Source: Tubiluchus corallicola
Lineage: Eukaryota; Animalia; Priapulida
Length of the DNA: 37,024 nucleotides
Assembly (NCBI GenBank): GCA_030141605.1
Contig: JAQGDQ010002440.1
Span: 1-37,024 of the forward strand
Reading direction: 5' to 3'
Shown piece by piece: positions 1 to 10,940 of this stretch (its first letter is position 1; each line of letters starts with the position of its first letter). Below the pieces are notes generated by a model that did no database searches, had not been told where the DNA came from, and worked only from the letters and a program-made list of their open reading frames with translations. The position numbers and the translations under genes are program-made.

Positions 1-281
1 TGTACAGCATTAGTCTCTATAATGTCATAATAATTTTCATTTTCTTCAAAATAATTTTTCCACATGTTTATGTCACTTATTTTAACTAAATCAGATTTAT
101 TTAAAATAAGTATTTTATTTTTATTTCCATAGAGATTTTTTATATCTGGATTTTTACTTGAAATTGGTATTCTTGCATCTACTAGTTCTAATATAACATC
201 TACTATTTTTATATGCTCTTTTATTAAATCTTTACTTTTTTTCATATGACCTGGATACCAATTTATTTTTGTCATTGACAT
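1..281 (-). CDS. rbgA: Ribosome biogenesis GTPase RbgA/YlqF, N-terminal part (runs off the window edge)
   Basis: Not in the ORF track. Manual reverse-strand translation from ATG at 281 gives MSMTKINWYPGHMKKSKDLIKEHIKIVDVILELVDARIPISSKNP...ILNKSDLV, with the RbgA WYPGHM, DARIP and NKxD motifs. AGGAGA RBS upstream. Confidence 0.93.
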   Translation of the reverse strand, partial: MSMTKINWYPGHMKKSKDLIKEHIKIVDVILELVDARIPISSKNPDIKNLYGNKNKILILNKSDLVKISDINMWKNYFEENENYYDIIETNAV

Positions 282-313
282 TATTTTCTCCTAACTATAT
301 GACCAGTGTAGCT

Positions 314-1590
314 TTAGCTTTTATCTATAAGGCCTTTTAGCACACTTATCGCAGCCTTTAATTGTTCATCTTCTTTATTTAATAGCTCTTCTGCTTCTTC
401 CTTTTTTATTTCTTTTATTCTTTCCTCTTTATTTTCTTTTGAAGATTCTTCATCTATATTAGTTATTTTTCCAGAATTAAATAAATAGTCATCCTCTTCA
501 CTTACTAATATATCTGGCTTTATCCCTTCTTTATGAATCGATATCCCTGACGGAGTATAGTATTCTGCTGTTGTAAGCTTTAGTGCTCCACCAGTTGGAG
601 GCACTCCTACTATACTTTGTACTAGCCCTTTTCCAAACGTTGTTTCTCCTACTAATATTCCTCTTTTATGATCTCTTGCCGCTCCTGCTACTATTTCTGA
701 AGCAGATGCGCTTCCTTCATTTACTAATATAACCATTGGAAAATCTCCAAGATATTTACCTATTCTTTTGTATACTTCTTCATTTTTCTGTTTATCTTTC
801 ACACTTACTATTATCCCATCTTTTATAAAAATTGATGATATTTCTATTGCTTGACTTAAGTCTCCTCCTGGATTATCTCTTAAATCAAATATTAATCCTT
901 CCATACCTTCTTTTGGAGACTCTCAAGAGATTTTCTTATATATCTTTTGATACGTTTTCACTAAATTGTGTCAACCTTAAGTATCCAAGTTTATCTTCTA
1001 ACATTTCATGTTTCACATACTTTAACTCTATTTCTGCTCTTGCAAGTTCTATTTCTTGTGGCTCTCCATCTTCTCCTCTTATAATAGTTACTTTAAGCTT
1101 TGTTCCTGCCTCACCTTTTAGCATTGATACACATTCGTTAGAGGATAAAGGTAAAGTTGATTTGCCATCTATAGATATTATTTTATCTTTTGATTTTATC
1201 CCCGCATTATAAGCTGGTGTATCTTCTATTGGAGACACAACAACTAAGTACTTATCTCTTTCTTTTTCTATTACCATACCAACACCTGTATATTTTCCAC
1301 TTATGTCTTCTTGAAATTCTTGAAATTCTTCAGCAGTATAATATTCTGAGTATGGATCATCAAGGGCACCAACCATTCCCTTTAATGCTCCTTCAATTAA
1401 TTCTTTTTTACTATATTCTTCTTCATTTACATTTGTAATACATCAAATATCTGATCCATTATTTCAAGTATCTTCAAATCTTTTATATTTGAAGTAATCC
1501 CCTTTTATAGCTATCTCCATTTTCTCCGTAAACAACTATTCCTATGCTAAGTAGTATTGTTATAGTTAACACTTTTATTAAATTTTTCAT
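314..1590 (-). CDS. ctpA: S41 family C-terminal processing protease (CtpA/Prc-like) with PDZ domain, broken by several frameshifts
   Basis: ORF 936-1376 carries the LDDPYS motif, the PDZ domain and GYLRLTQF. ORF 314-904 carries DLRDNPGG, SASASE and TFGKG. A signal-peptide start MKNLIKVLTITILLSIG lies at ATG 1590 with a GGAGGAG RBS. Breaks occur near 1430-1500 and 905-940. Confidence 0.88.
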
Positions 1591-1608
1591 TTCTCCTCCA
1601 GTTTACTA

Positions 1609-2439
1609 TTAACTTTCTTTTTTATATTCTTTAAGTTTTTCAAAACATATATTTGCATTTTTAATTACATTTTCTATATTTATTTTTCCAATATTTTTTT
1701 TTTCTAGTAAGAAGTATGCTATGTATTCTATATTTCCTTTTCCTCCCTTTATTGGAGAAAAATCTATATTTTAATAAAGAAATTATTTTTATTCCCATCA
1801 GTTATTACTTTTTTTATAATATCTATATATGTTTCTTAAGTCCCTTACTATACCACCTTTTCCTATGTTTTCTCTTCCAACTTCAAATTGAGGCTTTATT
1901 AAAGTAATAATTTTAGTGTTTGTATTTGAAAGTTTTTCTAACAAAGGAAATATTTTAGTAAGTGATATAAAAGATACATCAATAACTATATAATCCATTA
2001 TTTTATTATCAATATCTTCACTAGTCAAATTTTTAATATGCATATTTTCTATGGATTTTACCTTTATGTTATTTCTCAAGTCCCAGTGCAGCTGGTTAGT
2101 TCCTACATCTACAGAATATACATATCTTGCCCCATTTTGTAATGAACAGTCAGTAAATCCACCTGTTGATGAACCTATATCTAAAATTATTTTATCTTTA
2201 AAGTCTAGGTTCCAAATTTCTATAGCTTTTTCTAGTTTTAATCCTCCTCTGCTTACATAAGGACAAAGTTTTGATTTTATTTTTATATTGATATTCTTTA
2301 AGTCATCTATTTGAAATCCTGCTTTTTCTATTTTCTTATCATTTACTATTACAAGTCCTGCTATAATCGATCTTTTAGCTTTTTCTCTGCTTGTAAAAAA
2401 ATTGTTTTCTACTAAATAACTATCTAGTCTTTTTTTCAT
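1609..2439 (-). CDS. tlyA: TlyA family rRNA (cytidine-2'-O)-methyltransferase (S4 + FtsJ domains), frameshifted near the 3' end
   Basis: Motifs KRLD, YVSRGGLKL, LDIGSSTGGFTD, DVSFISL and LIKPQFE. The missing C-terminus SPIKGGKGNIEY...KKES* is found in another frame ending at TAA 1609-1611. Confidence 0.92.
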
Positions 2440-4252
2440 TGCTTTCTAATTCCTCTTTTATTTTTTTCACTAACTTCGCTCCACCCATATTAAATGTTGA
2501 CAATATTTCACACCTTTTCCCATGAGGTATTATATTTTCAATTATTCCTATACTGATTATTTTCTTCTTTATATTATTTTTATTTATAAAATTTACTATT
2601 TTACTGCTAAGTGAGTTTACAATATAAGATTCTTCTATTGAAATTATATGATCATATTTTTCTATATTTTCAATTATGTATTTTTCATCCATAGGGTTTA
2701 TAAAAGAAGCACTTACAATTGTTGGATTTATTCCTAGTTCATTTAAATCATTTTTTACATTCAAAACTTCTTTTAAAATTGTACCTAAAGCTATTATTAG
2801 TATTTTTTCTCCTTTTTCAACTTCATGCCATTTTCCATATTCTAACTTAGGCAGTTTATCATACTCCCATACTTCTTCTTTAGGATACCTAATAGCAAGT
2901 GGACCATTAGAATATTTATGGCTAAATTCTATAGCTTCTTCTAATTCTTTTTTACAACAAGGAGCTATTATTACGAAATTTTTAAAATTATTTAACATCG
3001 AAATATCGTAAATTCCCTGGTGTGTTTTTCCATCTTTTCCTACAATTCCAGCTCTATCTATTACAAAAGTTACATTTAAGTTTTGCAATACAATATCATG
3101 CGCTATTTGGCTAAAAGCTCTTTGTAAAAATGTTGAGTAAATTACCATATATGGTTTTTTCCCTGATATTGCTAGTCCCCCACAAAGAGAAAGAGCATGC
3201 CCCTCTGCTATACCAACATCGTAGCATTTATCTGGGAAAACTTCACTCATCTTTTTTAAGCCTGTACCTTTTAACATACCGGCACTTACTGCATATACTT
3301 TTGGGTCCTTTGTAGACAACTCTACTATTTTGTTTCCAAATATTTCAGAGTATGATTCATTATTTTCTTTAGTTTTACCTGTATTTACATCAAAAGAAGA
3401 TATTCCATGAAATTTTTCTAAATTGTTTTCTGCTAATTTATAACCCTTACCTTTTTGAGTTTTTATATGTAAAAATACGGGTCCTTTCATATCTTTAGCC
3501 ATTTTTAAATATTTAGATATTTCTTTTATATCATTTCCATTAATTGGGCCTAAGTATTTAAATCCCAAGCTATATACTATACTACTAGGTGAAAAAAACA
3601 ATCTTATTGAATGCTCTACTCTCTTTATTATATCTGCCATTTTATTACCTAATTTTGATTTTCTTACATTTTGTTCTATATCTTCTTTTAAATCATGATA
3701 GTTCTTACTTTCCATCACTTTGTTAAAAAATGAAGAAAATGCGCCTACATTTTTTCCTATAGACATTTCATTGTCATTTAAGATTATTATAATATTCTCT
3801 AGTCTTCCACCTATAAAGTTTAATGCTTCCATAGAATGACCATTGACTAAAGAAGCATCTCCAATTACAACTATAATTTTATTATATGGGTTAGCTATTG
3901 CTATTCCACAAGCTGCTGATAAGGCTGTTCCTGCATGGCCTGATATATATGGATCATATTTGCTTTCTTCTGGATCCATAAACGGACCTAGTCCACCTTT
4001 TTCTCTTAACGTTTCAAATTTTTTACTTCTTTTAGTTAACATTTTGTGTACATATGATTGATGCCCTACATCAAATAACAATTTATCATTATTAAAGTTA
4101 AATGTTTTATGTAATGCTAAAGTTAATTCTACTACACCTAAATTAGAAGCTAAGTGGCCACCATTTTTACTAACCACTTCTATTATCGTACACCTAAGTT
4201 CATGTGCATAAGGTTCTAGCTCTTCTAATGAACATTTTTTTACATCAATCAT
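2420..4252 (-). CDS. dxs: 1-deoxy-D-xylulose-5-phosphate synthase
   Basis: GGHLASNLGVVELT, FDVGHQSYVHK, ThDP-binding GDA...NDN, DVGIAEGHA and DRAGIVGKDGKTHQG. Confidence 0.96.
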   Translation of the reverse strand: MIDVKKCSLEELEPYAHELRCTIIEVVSKNGGHLASNLGVVELTLALHKTFNFNNDKLLFDVGHQSYVHKMLTKRSKKFETLREKGGLGPFMDPEESKYDPYISGHAGTALSAACGIAIANPYNKIIVVIGDASLVNGHSMEALNFIGGRLENIIIILNDNEMSIGKNVGAFSSFFNKVMESKNYHDLKEDIEQNVRKSKLGNKMADIIKRVEHSIRLFFSPSSIVYSLGFKYLGPINGNDIKEISKYLKMAKDMKGPVFLHIKTQKGKGYKLAENNLEKFHGISSFDVNTGKTKENNESYSEIFGNKIVELSTKDPKVYAVSAGMLKGTGLKKMSEVFPDKCYDVGIAEGHALSLCGGLAISGKKPYMVIYSTFLQRAFSQIAHDIVLQNLNVTFVIDRAGIVGKDGKTHQGIYDISMLNNFKNFVIIAPCCKKELEEAIEFSHKYSNGPLAIRYPKEEVWEYDKLPKLEYGKWHEVEKGEKILIIALGTILKEVLNVKNDLNELGINPTIVSASFINPMDEKYIIENIEKYDHIISIEESYIVNSLSSKIVNFINKNNIKKKIISIGIIENIIPHGKRCEILSTFNMGGAKLVKKIKEELESNEKKTR

Positions 4253-4260
4253 TTTATCTC

Positions 4261-4722
4261 CTACACTGTTAAATAGCCTCTCATTATAAGAGCTATAATT
4301 ATTCCTAAGGTTCCACCAACTATTACCTCTACAGGAGTATGCCCTAAAAGCTCTTTTAACTTTATATCTGTTATTTCATGCCTTAACTTTTTTTCTATTA
4401 TTGATACTAGATCGTTTATTATTCCTGCTTGAGTACCTGCAGCTCTTCTTATTCCTGCTGCATCATACATTACAACTATTGAAAATGCTGCTGCTATAGC
4501 AAAATATACAGAATTTAGACCTTCAACTATAGCAACGCTTGTTGCTAGTGAAGTTACTGTTGATGAATGAGAACTAGGCATGCCCCCTGTTTCAAACAAT
4601 CTTCTTAAGGTTATTTTTTTTTCCCTTATTACAACAGAAAATACTTTATAAAATTGTGCTGTAAACCAAGCAATAAAACATACATCTAATATTCTATTTC
4701 CAAACATTATTCCACTTTTCAT
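4261..4722 (-). CDS. Divergent PAP2 family protein (DUF212, acid phosphatase/vanadium haloperoxidase-related)
   Basis: TGGMPSSHSS, VMYDAAGIRRAAG and ELLGHTPVEV motifs. Usual neighbour of dxs. Start moved to ATG 4722, just after the yhbY stop. Confidence 0.9.
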   Translation of the reverse strand: MKSGIMFGNRILDVCFIAWFTAQFYKVFSVVIREKKITLRRLFETGGMPSSHSSTVTSLATSVAIVEGLNSVYFAIAAAFSIVVMYDAAGIRRAAGTQAGIINDLVSIIEKKLRHEITDIKLKELLGHTPVEVIVGGTLGIIIALIMRGYLTV

Positions 4723-4723
4723 T

Positions 4724-5029
4724 TTAAACACCCTTTAAGTTTTTAGAGATTATTTGACTCTCTTCATTCTCTTTAAATAGTATTATAACTCCACCTATAC
4801 TTCCTACTAACTGACATTCGCTTTTTTTTATAACTTCATCTGTTAAAATCTTTTTTTCTTCTATAACACTTTGTAGTATTTTTACTTTTATTAGTTCTCT
4901 ATTTTTTATTGCATTGTCTATACTTTCTATTACTTTTTCATCTATTTTTCCTTTACCTATTCTTACTAGTGGGTCTAAGTTATGAGCAATTTTTTTTAGA
5001 TATGACCTTTGCTTACTTGTTAACTTCAT
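4724..5029 (-). CDS. yhbY: YhbY/CRS1 family RNA-binding ribosome assembly protein
   Basis: LTSKQRSYLKKIAHNLDPLVRIGK and ELIKVKIL; about 100 aa. Confidence 0.92.
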   Translation of the reverse strand: MKLTSKQRSYLKKIAHNLDPLVRIGKGKIDEKVIESIDNAIKNRELIKVKILQSVIEEKKILTDEVIKKSECQLVGSIGGVIILFKENEESQIISKNLKGV

Positions 5030-5054
5030 ATAACACTCCTTATTTTTAATAACA

Positions 5055-6791
5055 TTACACTTCCATTACAACAGGCAAGATAACTGGAGATCTATTTGTC
5101 TTTTCATAGAAAAATTTACTAGCTATATCTTTTGCTTTATTTTTTATTTTTGCCCAATCTTTTATCCCTTGTGATTCAAGTTTTTCTAAACCTTCTTTTA
5201 TAGCAGCAAGCGCTTCATTCACAAGCTCTTCTGATTCTCTTGAATAGATAAATCCTCTTGAAACCATATGAGGTCCTGCTAATATTTTTCCTGTGCCTTT
5301 TGATATAGTCGTTACTATTATAACCACACCATCATCTGATAACTTCTGCCTATCTCTTAATACTATATTACCAATATCTCCAACACCTAATCCATCAACT
5401 AATGTTATTCCTGCAGTTACTTTTCCTACTATTTTAGCAGATTCTTTTGATACTTCTACTTTACAACCATTATACCCTATAATAATATTTTCAGGAGCAA
5501 TTCCTGTTTCTATTGCTGATTCTTTATGTGATTTCAGCATTTTATACTCTCCATGAACAGGCATAAAATGTTTTGGTTTTATTATCTCAAGTATAAGCTG
5601 TTGCTCTGCTTTACTAGCATGCCCTGAAACATGAATTCCATCTATTTTTTTAAATACTACTTCAGCATCTCTTTTTAGTAATTTATTTACATTACTATAA
5701 GCTGCTTTCTCATTTCCTGGAATAGGAGTTGCTGATATTATTACAGTATCTCCTTTTTTTATAGATATATGCTTATGGCTATTTTTAGCAATCCTTGATA
5801 AGGCAGCCATAGGCTCTCCTTGAGTTCCAGTACAAATTATTGTAACTTTGTTATCTGGATGGTTTTCTATTTCCTTTATAGGAATAATTATACTTTCTGG
5901 TACTTTTAGATACCCTAATTTTGAAGCTATTTCTAATACCTTTAGCATGCTTCTTCCATCTACAGATATTTTTCTTTTATAAAAGTGTGCTGCATCTATA
6001 ATTTGTTGTAACCTATGTACATGTGAAGCAAATGCTGCAACAATTATTCTACCTTTAGCCGTTTCAAATTCTTCCTTTAAAGCTTTTCCTACTGATTTTT
6101 CTGAATTTGAAAAACCTTCTACTTCTGCATTTGTACTATCTGATAAAAATAGGTCAACTCCTTCTTCACCTAATTTTGCAAATGCATAAAAGTCAACTCC
6201 TTGGTTATCAACAGGTGTCAAGTCTATCTTAAAGTCACCTGTATGAACTATTAAACCTGCTGGTGTCCTTATAGCCATTGAGAAAGCATCTGCTATACTA
6301 TGTGTTACTCTTATAAATTCTACTTCAAAATATTTCCCTATTTTTACCTTTGATCTTCCTTGTATTTCAATCATATCTGGTATATCTTTAGCATATGAAA
6401 AAGATTTATCAAACTTTGATTTCGTTAAGGCTAAAGTAAGTCTTCCTCCATAAATAGGAATATTTTTATCTAACTTTTCGTACAAAAATGGAATACCACC
6501 TATATGATCTTCATGACCATGTGTCAGCACTAAACCTTTTATTTTATCTTTGTTATTTTCTAAGTAAGAATAATCTGGCAACACTAAATCTATACCTAAT
6601 AGTTCATCGTCTGGAAAAGCCATTCCTGCATCTACAACTATTATCTCATCTTTATATTGAATAATTGTTGTATTTTTTCCAACTTCTTCTAACCCGCCTA
6701 AAGGTATTACATACATTTTTTCTATTTTTTTACTTTTCGTATTATTTTTTATTACTTTTATTTCTTTTTTTTTGCTTTTTTCTATTTGCAT
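5055..6791 (-). CDS. rnj: Ribonuclease J
   Basis: PLGGLEEVGKN, THGHEDHIGG, HTGDFKID, TGTQGEP, HVSGHA and MPVHGE. Confidence 0.97.
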   Translation of the reverse strand: MQIEKSKKKEIKVIKNNTKSKKIEKMYVIPLGGLEEVGKNTTIIQYKDEIIVVDAGMAFPDDELLGIDLVLPDYSYLENNKDKIKGLVLTHGHEDHIGGIPFLYEKLDKNIPIYGGRLTLALTKSKFDKSFSYAKDIPDMIEIQGRSKVKIGKYFEVEFIRVTHSIADAFSMAIRTPAGLIVHTGDFKIDLTPVDNQGVDFYAFAKLGEEGVDLFLSDSTNAEVEGFSNSEKSVGKALKEEFETAKGRIIVAAFASHVHRLQQIIDAAHFYKRKISVDGRSMLKVLEIASKLGYLKVPESIIIPIKEIENHPDNKVTIICTGTQGEPMAALSRIAKNSHKHISIKKGDTVIISATPIPGNEKAAYSNVNKLLKRDAEVVFKKIDGIHVSGHASKAEQQLILEIIKPKHFMPVHGEYKMLKSHKESAIETGIAPENIIIGYNGCKVEVSKESAKIVGKVTAGITLVDGLGVGDIGNIVLRDRQKLSDDGVVIIVTTISKGTGKILAGPHMVSRGFIYSRESEELVNEALAAIKEGLEKLESQGIKDWAKIKNKAKDIASKFFYEKTNRSPVILPVVMEV

Positions 6792-6833
6792 TGCTATTTC
6801 CTTTCTATATTAAATTTCTTCGCTATAACTTTT

Positions 6834-7415
6834 CTAGACAATTTTTACTTTCTCCATTATGACTTTTTCTTCATTGTTTAGTGTTAATTTTATTGGACTT
6901 TCAGGTATTACTATATTTTTAAAATCTATTTTTCTTCCAGCAAGGCTAATATTACTTCCTTCCTTTAAAGAAAAAACTATTATTTCTACATTTTTATTTC
7001 CATTAGCACCTGCTATCAACTCTCCAGATACTTCTCCAAAAATATGAATGTTTCCTGTTACAAAGACTTCTCCTTTTTTTTCAATATTACCAAATATTAT
7101 AACATCTCCATCATAAATTAGCTTTTTACCTACTTCTATATTGCTTTTTAAAATAAATGTTTCTTTTGGTATATAGTAAGTATTTTTATTAAAATCTGGA
7201 GTTTCTTTCGTTACTATATATAGTTCATGCCCATATTCATTTAGTAGTTTTTTAAATTTATTATAATGTTCTTTATGTTTTTTATCTAATAAAAACTCTG
7301 TACTTCCTGTAAAAAAATTTGTTTTTCTCAACTTATTTTTTAAATCAATATATTCATTTTCTATGTTTTTATCTTCAATTTCAATAAAAACTCCATCACT
7401 TGTACCTTTTAACAT
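6834..7415 (-). CDS. minC: Septum site-determining protein MinC-like (divergent)
   Basis: N-terminal LKGTSDGV and a C-terminal beta-helix-like pattern YDGDVIIFGNI...VTGNIHIFGEVSGELIAGANGN. Lies directly downstream of mrdA. Confidence 0.72.
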   Translation of the reverse strand: MLKGTSDGVFIEIEDKNIENEYIDLKNKLRKTNFFTGSTEFLLDKKHKEHYNKFKKLLNEYGHELYIVTKETPDFNKNTYYIPKETFILKSNIEVGKKLIYDGDVIIFGNIEKKGEVFVTGNIHIFGEVSGELIAGANGNKNVEIIVFSLKEGSNISLAGRKIDFKNIVIPESPIKLTLNNEEKVIMEKVKIV

Positions 7416-7426
7416 TTTTATTCACC

Positions 7427-9223
7427 TTATTTTTTATATATTTCTATATATTTTTCTATAAAACTTTTTGCTACAGGCCCTGCCACACTTCCTCCAGATC
7501 CTCCTCCTGCAATAAAAGCAACAAAAACTATTTCTGGATCATCTGATGGAAAATATCCACTAACCCAAGCATGACTATCTTCATATTGTGTATTTTGAGC
7601 ACTTCCAGTTTTAGCTGATATTTTTATGCTCGGTATATTTAAGCCTATATGCGCTGTTCCATTGTATCTAGAAACAACTTTCCTAAATCCTTTCTTTATA
7701 GTTTCAAAGTATTCATCTTTATAATCTAAAGAATAGCTCATTTCTTTTTTATATAACTCTTCTCCATCTACTGTTTTATACTTATACAGAAAATGAGGCT
7801 TATATGTATGCCCTTTATTTGCGTATATAGAGTATAAATTTAGTATTTGTATTGGTGTTGTAAGTACATACCCTTGACCTATAGACATATTAATTGTATC
7901 TCCTGGTCTCCATACCTCTAAATTTTTTTGCTCTTTCCATTCAGGCGTAGGAATAGTCCCTGTACGCTCATTAGGAAGATCAACTCCTGTCTTTTTACCT
8001 AACCCAAAATCATATGCTGTTTTTACTATTGGTTTATACCCAAGTTTGTTTGCATGAGTGTAATAGTAAACATTTGCAGATTCTATGATTGATTTTTCAA
8101 GATTTACATAACCATGTCCTCCCCTTTTCCAACTATTCCAAGTAACATTTTTTAATGAAAAATACCCTGGGTCTTTATATTTTGTTTTAGGATTCATTCC
8201 AGCATCTAATATTGACATTGCTGTCACTGCTTTAAAAACAGATCCAGGTGGGTAAACACCTGCTATTGATTTATTAAGAAGTGGCTTATCTTCATTATCC
8301 CTATAGTATTCCCATTTTTTTTGGCTTAAAGGTTTAGAAAAATCATTTAAAGAATAATCTGGATAGCTTACCATTGTATAAATTTCACCATTTTTAGGAT
8401 TCATAGCTATAAAAGATCCAACATATCCTTTTTCTTTATATATTTCCGTAATGTGTTTTTGAAGATCTATATCTATTGTTAAATACATTTCTTTACCTGG
8501 AATAGGTTTTTGAGATTTTATCTTTTTTTCAATTTTATTATATGCATTTACTTCTACAAAATCATATCCTGGTTCTCCTTTTAGATCTATGTCATATACT
8601 TTTTCTATTCCATTTTTTCCTATGATATCTCTAGGAGTATAGTCATATTTAGAGTCTTTCACTATTTCATATTCTTTTTTAGATATTTTTTTTACATAAC
8701 CTAAAATATGTGAACCTAATGTATCATACAAATATTTTCTTTTATTATAATTTTCTATTTGCAAGTAAGAATAGTTTAATATTTTTTCATTAACTTTATG
8801 GGCTGTTATTTCAGAAAGGTTTTCTATAATTATATTATCTTTAGTGTAGCTCGTTATTTCACCTTTCTTTATCAGTTTTTCTACTTCTTCTATTGGTATT
8901 GAAATTAATGAAGATATCTCTTCTAGTATTTTATCATTATATTTTTTTCCATTTAAATAAATGAGCCTATAACCTATTGAGTTGGTAACTAAAAGCTCTC
9001 CATTTCGGTCATATATTCTTCCTCTTTCTGGTATTATTCGTATTTTTTTTATTCTATTATTTTGTGATCTGTATTTAAATTCCTCTTCACTTAAGACTTG
9101 TAAATAAAAGAGTCTACTAAACAGCCCAATATAGCATAAAATAATAAAAATTATAACTATAATACCTCTTATAGCACTATCATCATAATTATAGTTATTA
9201 TAACCTTCTTTCTTTTTTTTCAT
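7427..9223 (-). CDS. mrdA: Class B penicillin-binding protein 2
   Basis: N-terminal TM helix, RGRIYDRNG, GKNGIEK, SxxK (GSVFK), SxN (SAN) and KTG motifs. Confidence 0.93.
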   Translation of the reverse strand: MKKKKEGYNNYNYDDSAIRGIIVIIFIILCYIGLFSRLFYLQVLSEEEFKYRSQNNRIKKIRIIPERGRIYDRNGELLVTNSIGYRLIYLNGKKYNDKILEEISSLISIPIEEVEKLIKKGEITSYTKDNIIIENLSEITAHKVNEKILNYSYLQIENYNKRKYLYDTLGSHILGYVKKISKKEYEIVKDSKYDYTPRDIIGKNGIEKVYDIDLKGEPGYDFVEVNAYNKIEKKIKSQKPIPGKEMYLTIDIDLQKHITEIYKEKGYVGSFIAMNPKNGEIYTMVSYPDYSLNDFSKPLSQKKWEYYRDNEDKPLLNKSIAGVYPPGSVFKAVTAMSILDAGMNPKTKYKDPGYFSLKNVTWNSWKRGGHGYVNLEKSIIESANVYYYTHANKLGYKPIVKTAYDFGLGKKTGVDLPNERTGTIPTPEWKEQKNLEVWRPGDTINMSIGQGYVLTTPIQILNLYSIYANKGHTYKPHFLYKYKTVDGEELYKKEMSYSLDYKDEYFETIKKGFRKVVSRYNGTAHIGLNIPSIKISAKTGSAQNTQYEDSHAWVSGYFPSDDPEIVFVAFIAGGGSGGSVAGPVAKSFIEKYIEIYKK

Positions 9224-9629
9224 TTAAATTTTTCCTTGAAATAAATATATTTAACAATAAATATAAGGCAAACGATATTATTACTACCTTTATATTTATG
9301 ATTTTATCAACAATTAAATAATAGTATCCTTGAATCATAACTGTTTGTATTGCTGAAACACTTATTAGGCCAATATTTTCATAGTAGATTACTTTCCCTA
9401 ATAAAATAATTATACAATAATATATTAAAAAAAATATCAATATTGATAAAAATTTTCCGCCACTAAAGAATATAAGTAAGCTTATAATTAATAAATAAAA
9501 TAAAGCTTCATTTTTTTCTTTCCTATATTGCATATATGTAAAATATGTTATTGCAAATATGTTTAATGAGTATTTCAAATTTATACAATTTTCTATAAAT
9601 ATAAAAATAAGCATAACCAAGTTAAACAT
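9198..9629 (-). CDS. Multi-pass membrane protein, probable MreD-like rod-shape protein
   Basis: About 5 hydrophobic segments in 143 aa. Overlaps the mrdA start in the position mreD normally holds. No diagnostic motif, so the call is positional. Confidence 0.5.
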   Translation of the reverse strand: MFNLVMLIFIFIENCINLKYSLNIFAITYFTYMQYRKEKNEALFYLLIISLLIFFSGGKFLSILIFFLIYYCIIILLGKVIYYENIGLISVSAIQTVMIQGYYYLIVDKIINIKVVIISFALYLLLNIFISRKNLNEKKERRL

Positions 9630-9644
9630 CTGAAAGCTCCTCTT

Positions 9645-9959
9645 TTACCTATATAGCTCTTCTAAATTATAGTATTCTCTTTTTTCTTTATTAAATATAT
9701 TAACTATAATATCATCGTAATCCATTAGAATCCATTCACCATCTCCATAACCTTCAATTCCTAAATATAATTCATTTAGATCTTCTTTTACTTTATTTTT
9801 TATTTCATCTGCTATTGCTTGTGAGTTTTTTTTAGACATACCTGTACATATTATTATTTCTTCTCCAAATGAAGTTTTTGCACTTATATCTAAAATCACT
9901 ATATCTAGCCCTTTTTTTTCATTTATGCAGGACAAAATAATATTTTTTTTCTTATCCAT
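9645..9959 (-). CDS. rsfS: Ribosome silencing factor RsfS (Iojap)
   Basis: EKKGLDIVILD, IICTG, EWILMDYDDIIVNIF and REYYNLEELY. AGGAGG RBS. Confidence 0.93.
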   Translation of the reverse strand: MDKKKNIILSCINEKKGLDIVILDISAKTSFGEEIIICTGMSKKNSQAIADEIKNKVKEDLNELYLGIEGYGDGEWILMDYDDIIVNIFNKEKREYYNLEELYR

Positions 9960-9968
9960 CAACTCCTC

Positions 9969-10940
9969 CTATTCTACCCATATTTTTATAACATCTTGCA
10001 AGCTATTATCTATTTCTAAATTTTCTATTTCTAATATAGATGCTACTTTGTAAGCAGTATATAAATCTTTTGGCGAGTGTGATATGTATGTTTTTTCAAT
10101 TTTTTCCTCAGCATTAGTACTTATGTCTCTATATCCAAAGGTTTTTAGTTCCTTACTAAAAGAATCTGCTGCACTTTTTTCACCAGTTATTTCTATTTTT
10201 ATTAGATTAGAGTTTTCTGATCCTAATATAATTACTGCATCTGCTATTGTAGGTACCTTTAGCTTATCACTTGCCATCTGCCTTATGTATTTTATATCTA
10301 AATTTTCAATGAGTTCTTTTACCTCTTCCTCATTAAGCTTGTTATTCACTATATATGAGAATTCTGATTTCTCTTCATAGTTAGCTGCTGTATATTTATA
10401 AGCATCATTTTTATCATTTAGGCTTTTTCCAACTCTATTTCCATATCCAGATTTTTCACTTCCATTTAGTATATCAACTATATATTTTTTAGTTACTATG
10501 TCAAACGTTTCTTCTTCATAGTATTTTTCTAAAAATAAATCATTTAACTTTGTTGAAGATACTTTTACAACTCCTTCTACATTTTCCACTGGTAACTCAT
10601 ATCTATTATTAAATACTTTATCAGATATTTTATAATATCCTTTATCTAGTTTTACTGGTAAAAAATTATTAATGTTTTCAAATACTTCTTTTTGATTATA
10701 TTGTATCACTTCGTGCAGCTTTTTATCATTTACATTCAAATCATCTGGTATTTTTATTGTTAGCTTCTCCCCATAAACAGCATAAGCACTTTTCCCTATT
10801 ATTGCTAAATGATTTCCCTCTGGATCATTTTCTTTTGGTAAATAATTACTTAAATAAAACAATCCTCCACATAATAAAACTATTTGTATGATAAATTTTA
10901 TATTTAATTTTAATAATCCTTTAGGTTCTTTATTTTTCAT
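9969..10940 (-). CDS. Membrane-anchored protein with LytR C-terminal-like domain(s)
   Basis: Single N-terminal TM helix. VDILNGSEKSGYG and ADAVIILG resemble the LytR_C domain, and there is a weaker second copy at the C-terminus. Confidence 0.6.
   Translation of the reverse strand: MKNKEPKGLLKLNIKFIIQIVLLCGGLFYLSNYLPKENDPEGNHLAIIGKSAYAVYGEKLTIKIPDDLNVNDKKLHEVIQYNQKEVFENINNFLPVKLDKGYYKISDKVFNNRYELPVENVEGVVKVSSTKLNDLFLEKYYEEETFDIVTKKYIVDILNGSEKSGYGNRVGKSLNDKNDAYKYTAANYEEKSEFSYIVNNKLNEEEVKELIENLDIKYIRQMASDKLKVPTIADAVIILGSENSNLIKIEITGEKSAADSFSKELKTFGYRDISTNAEEKIEKTYISHSPKDLYTAYKVASILEIENLEIDNSLQDVIKIWVE

Noticed and set aside
1798-2439. TlyA as a haemolysin/virulence factor
   Set aside because: It sits in the ordinary dxs-tlyA housekeeping context with methyltransferase motifs, and nothing in the sequence supports a toxin role.
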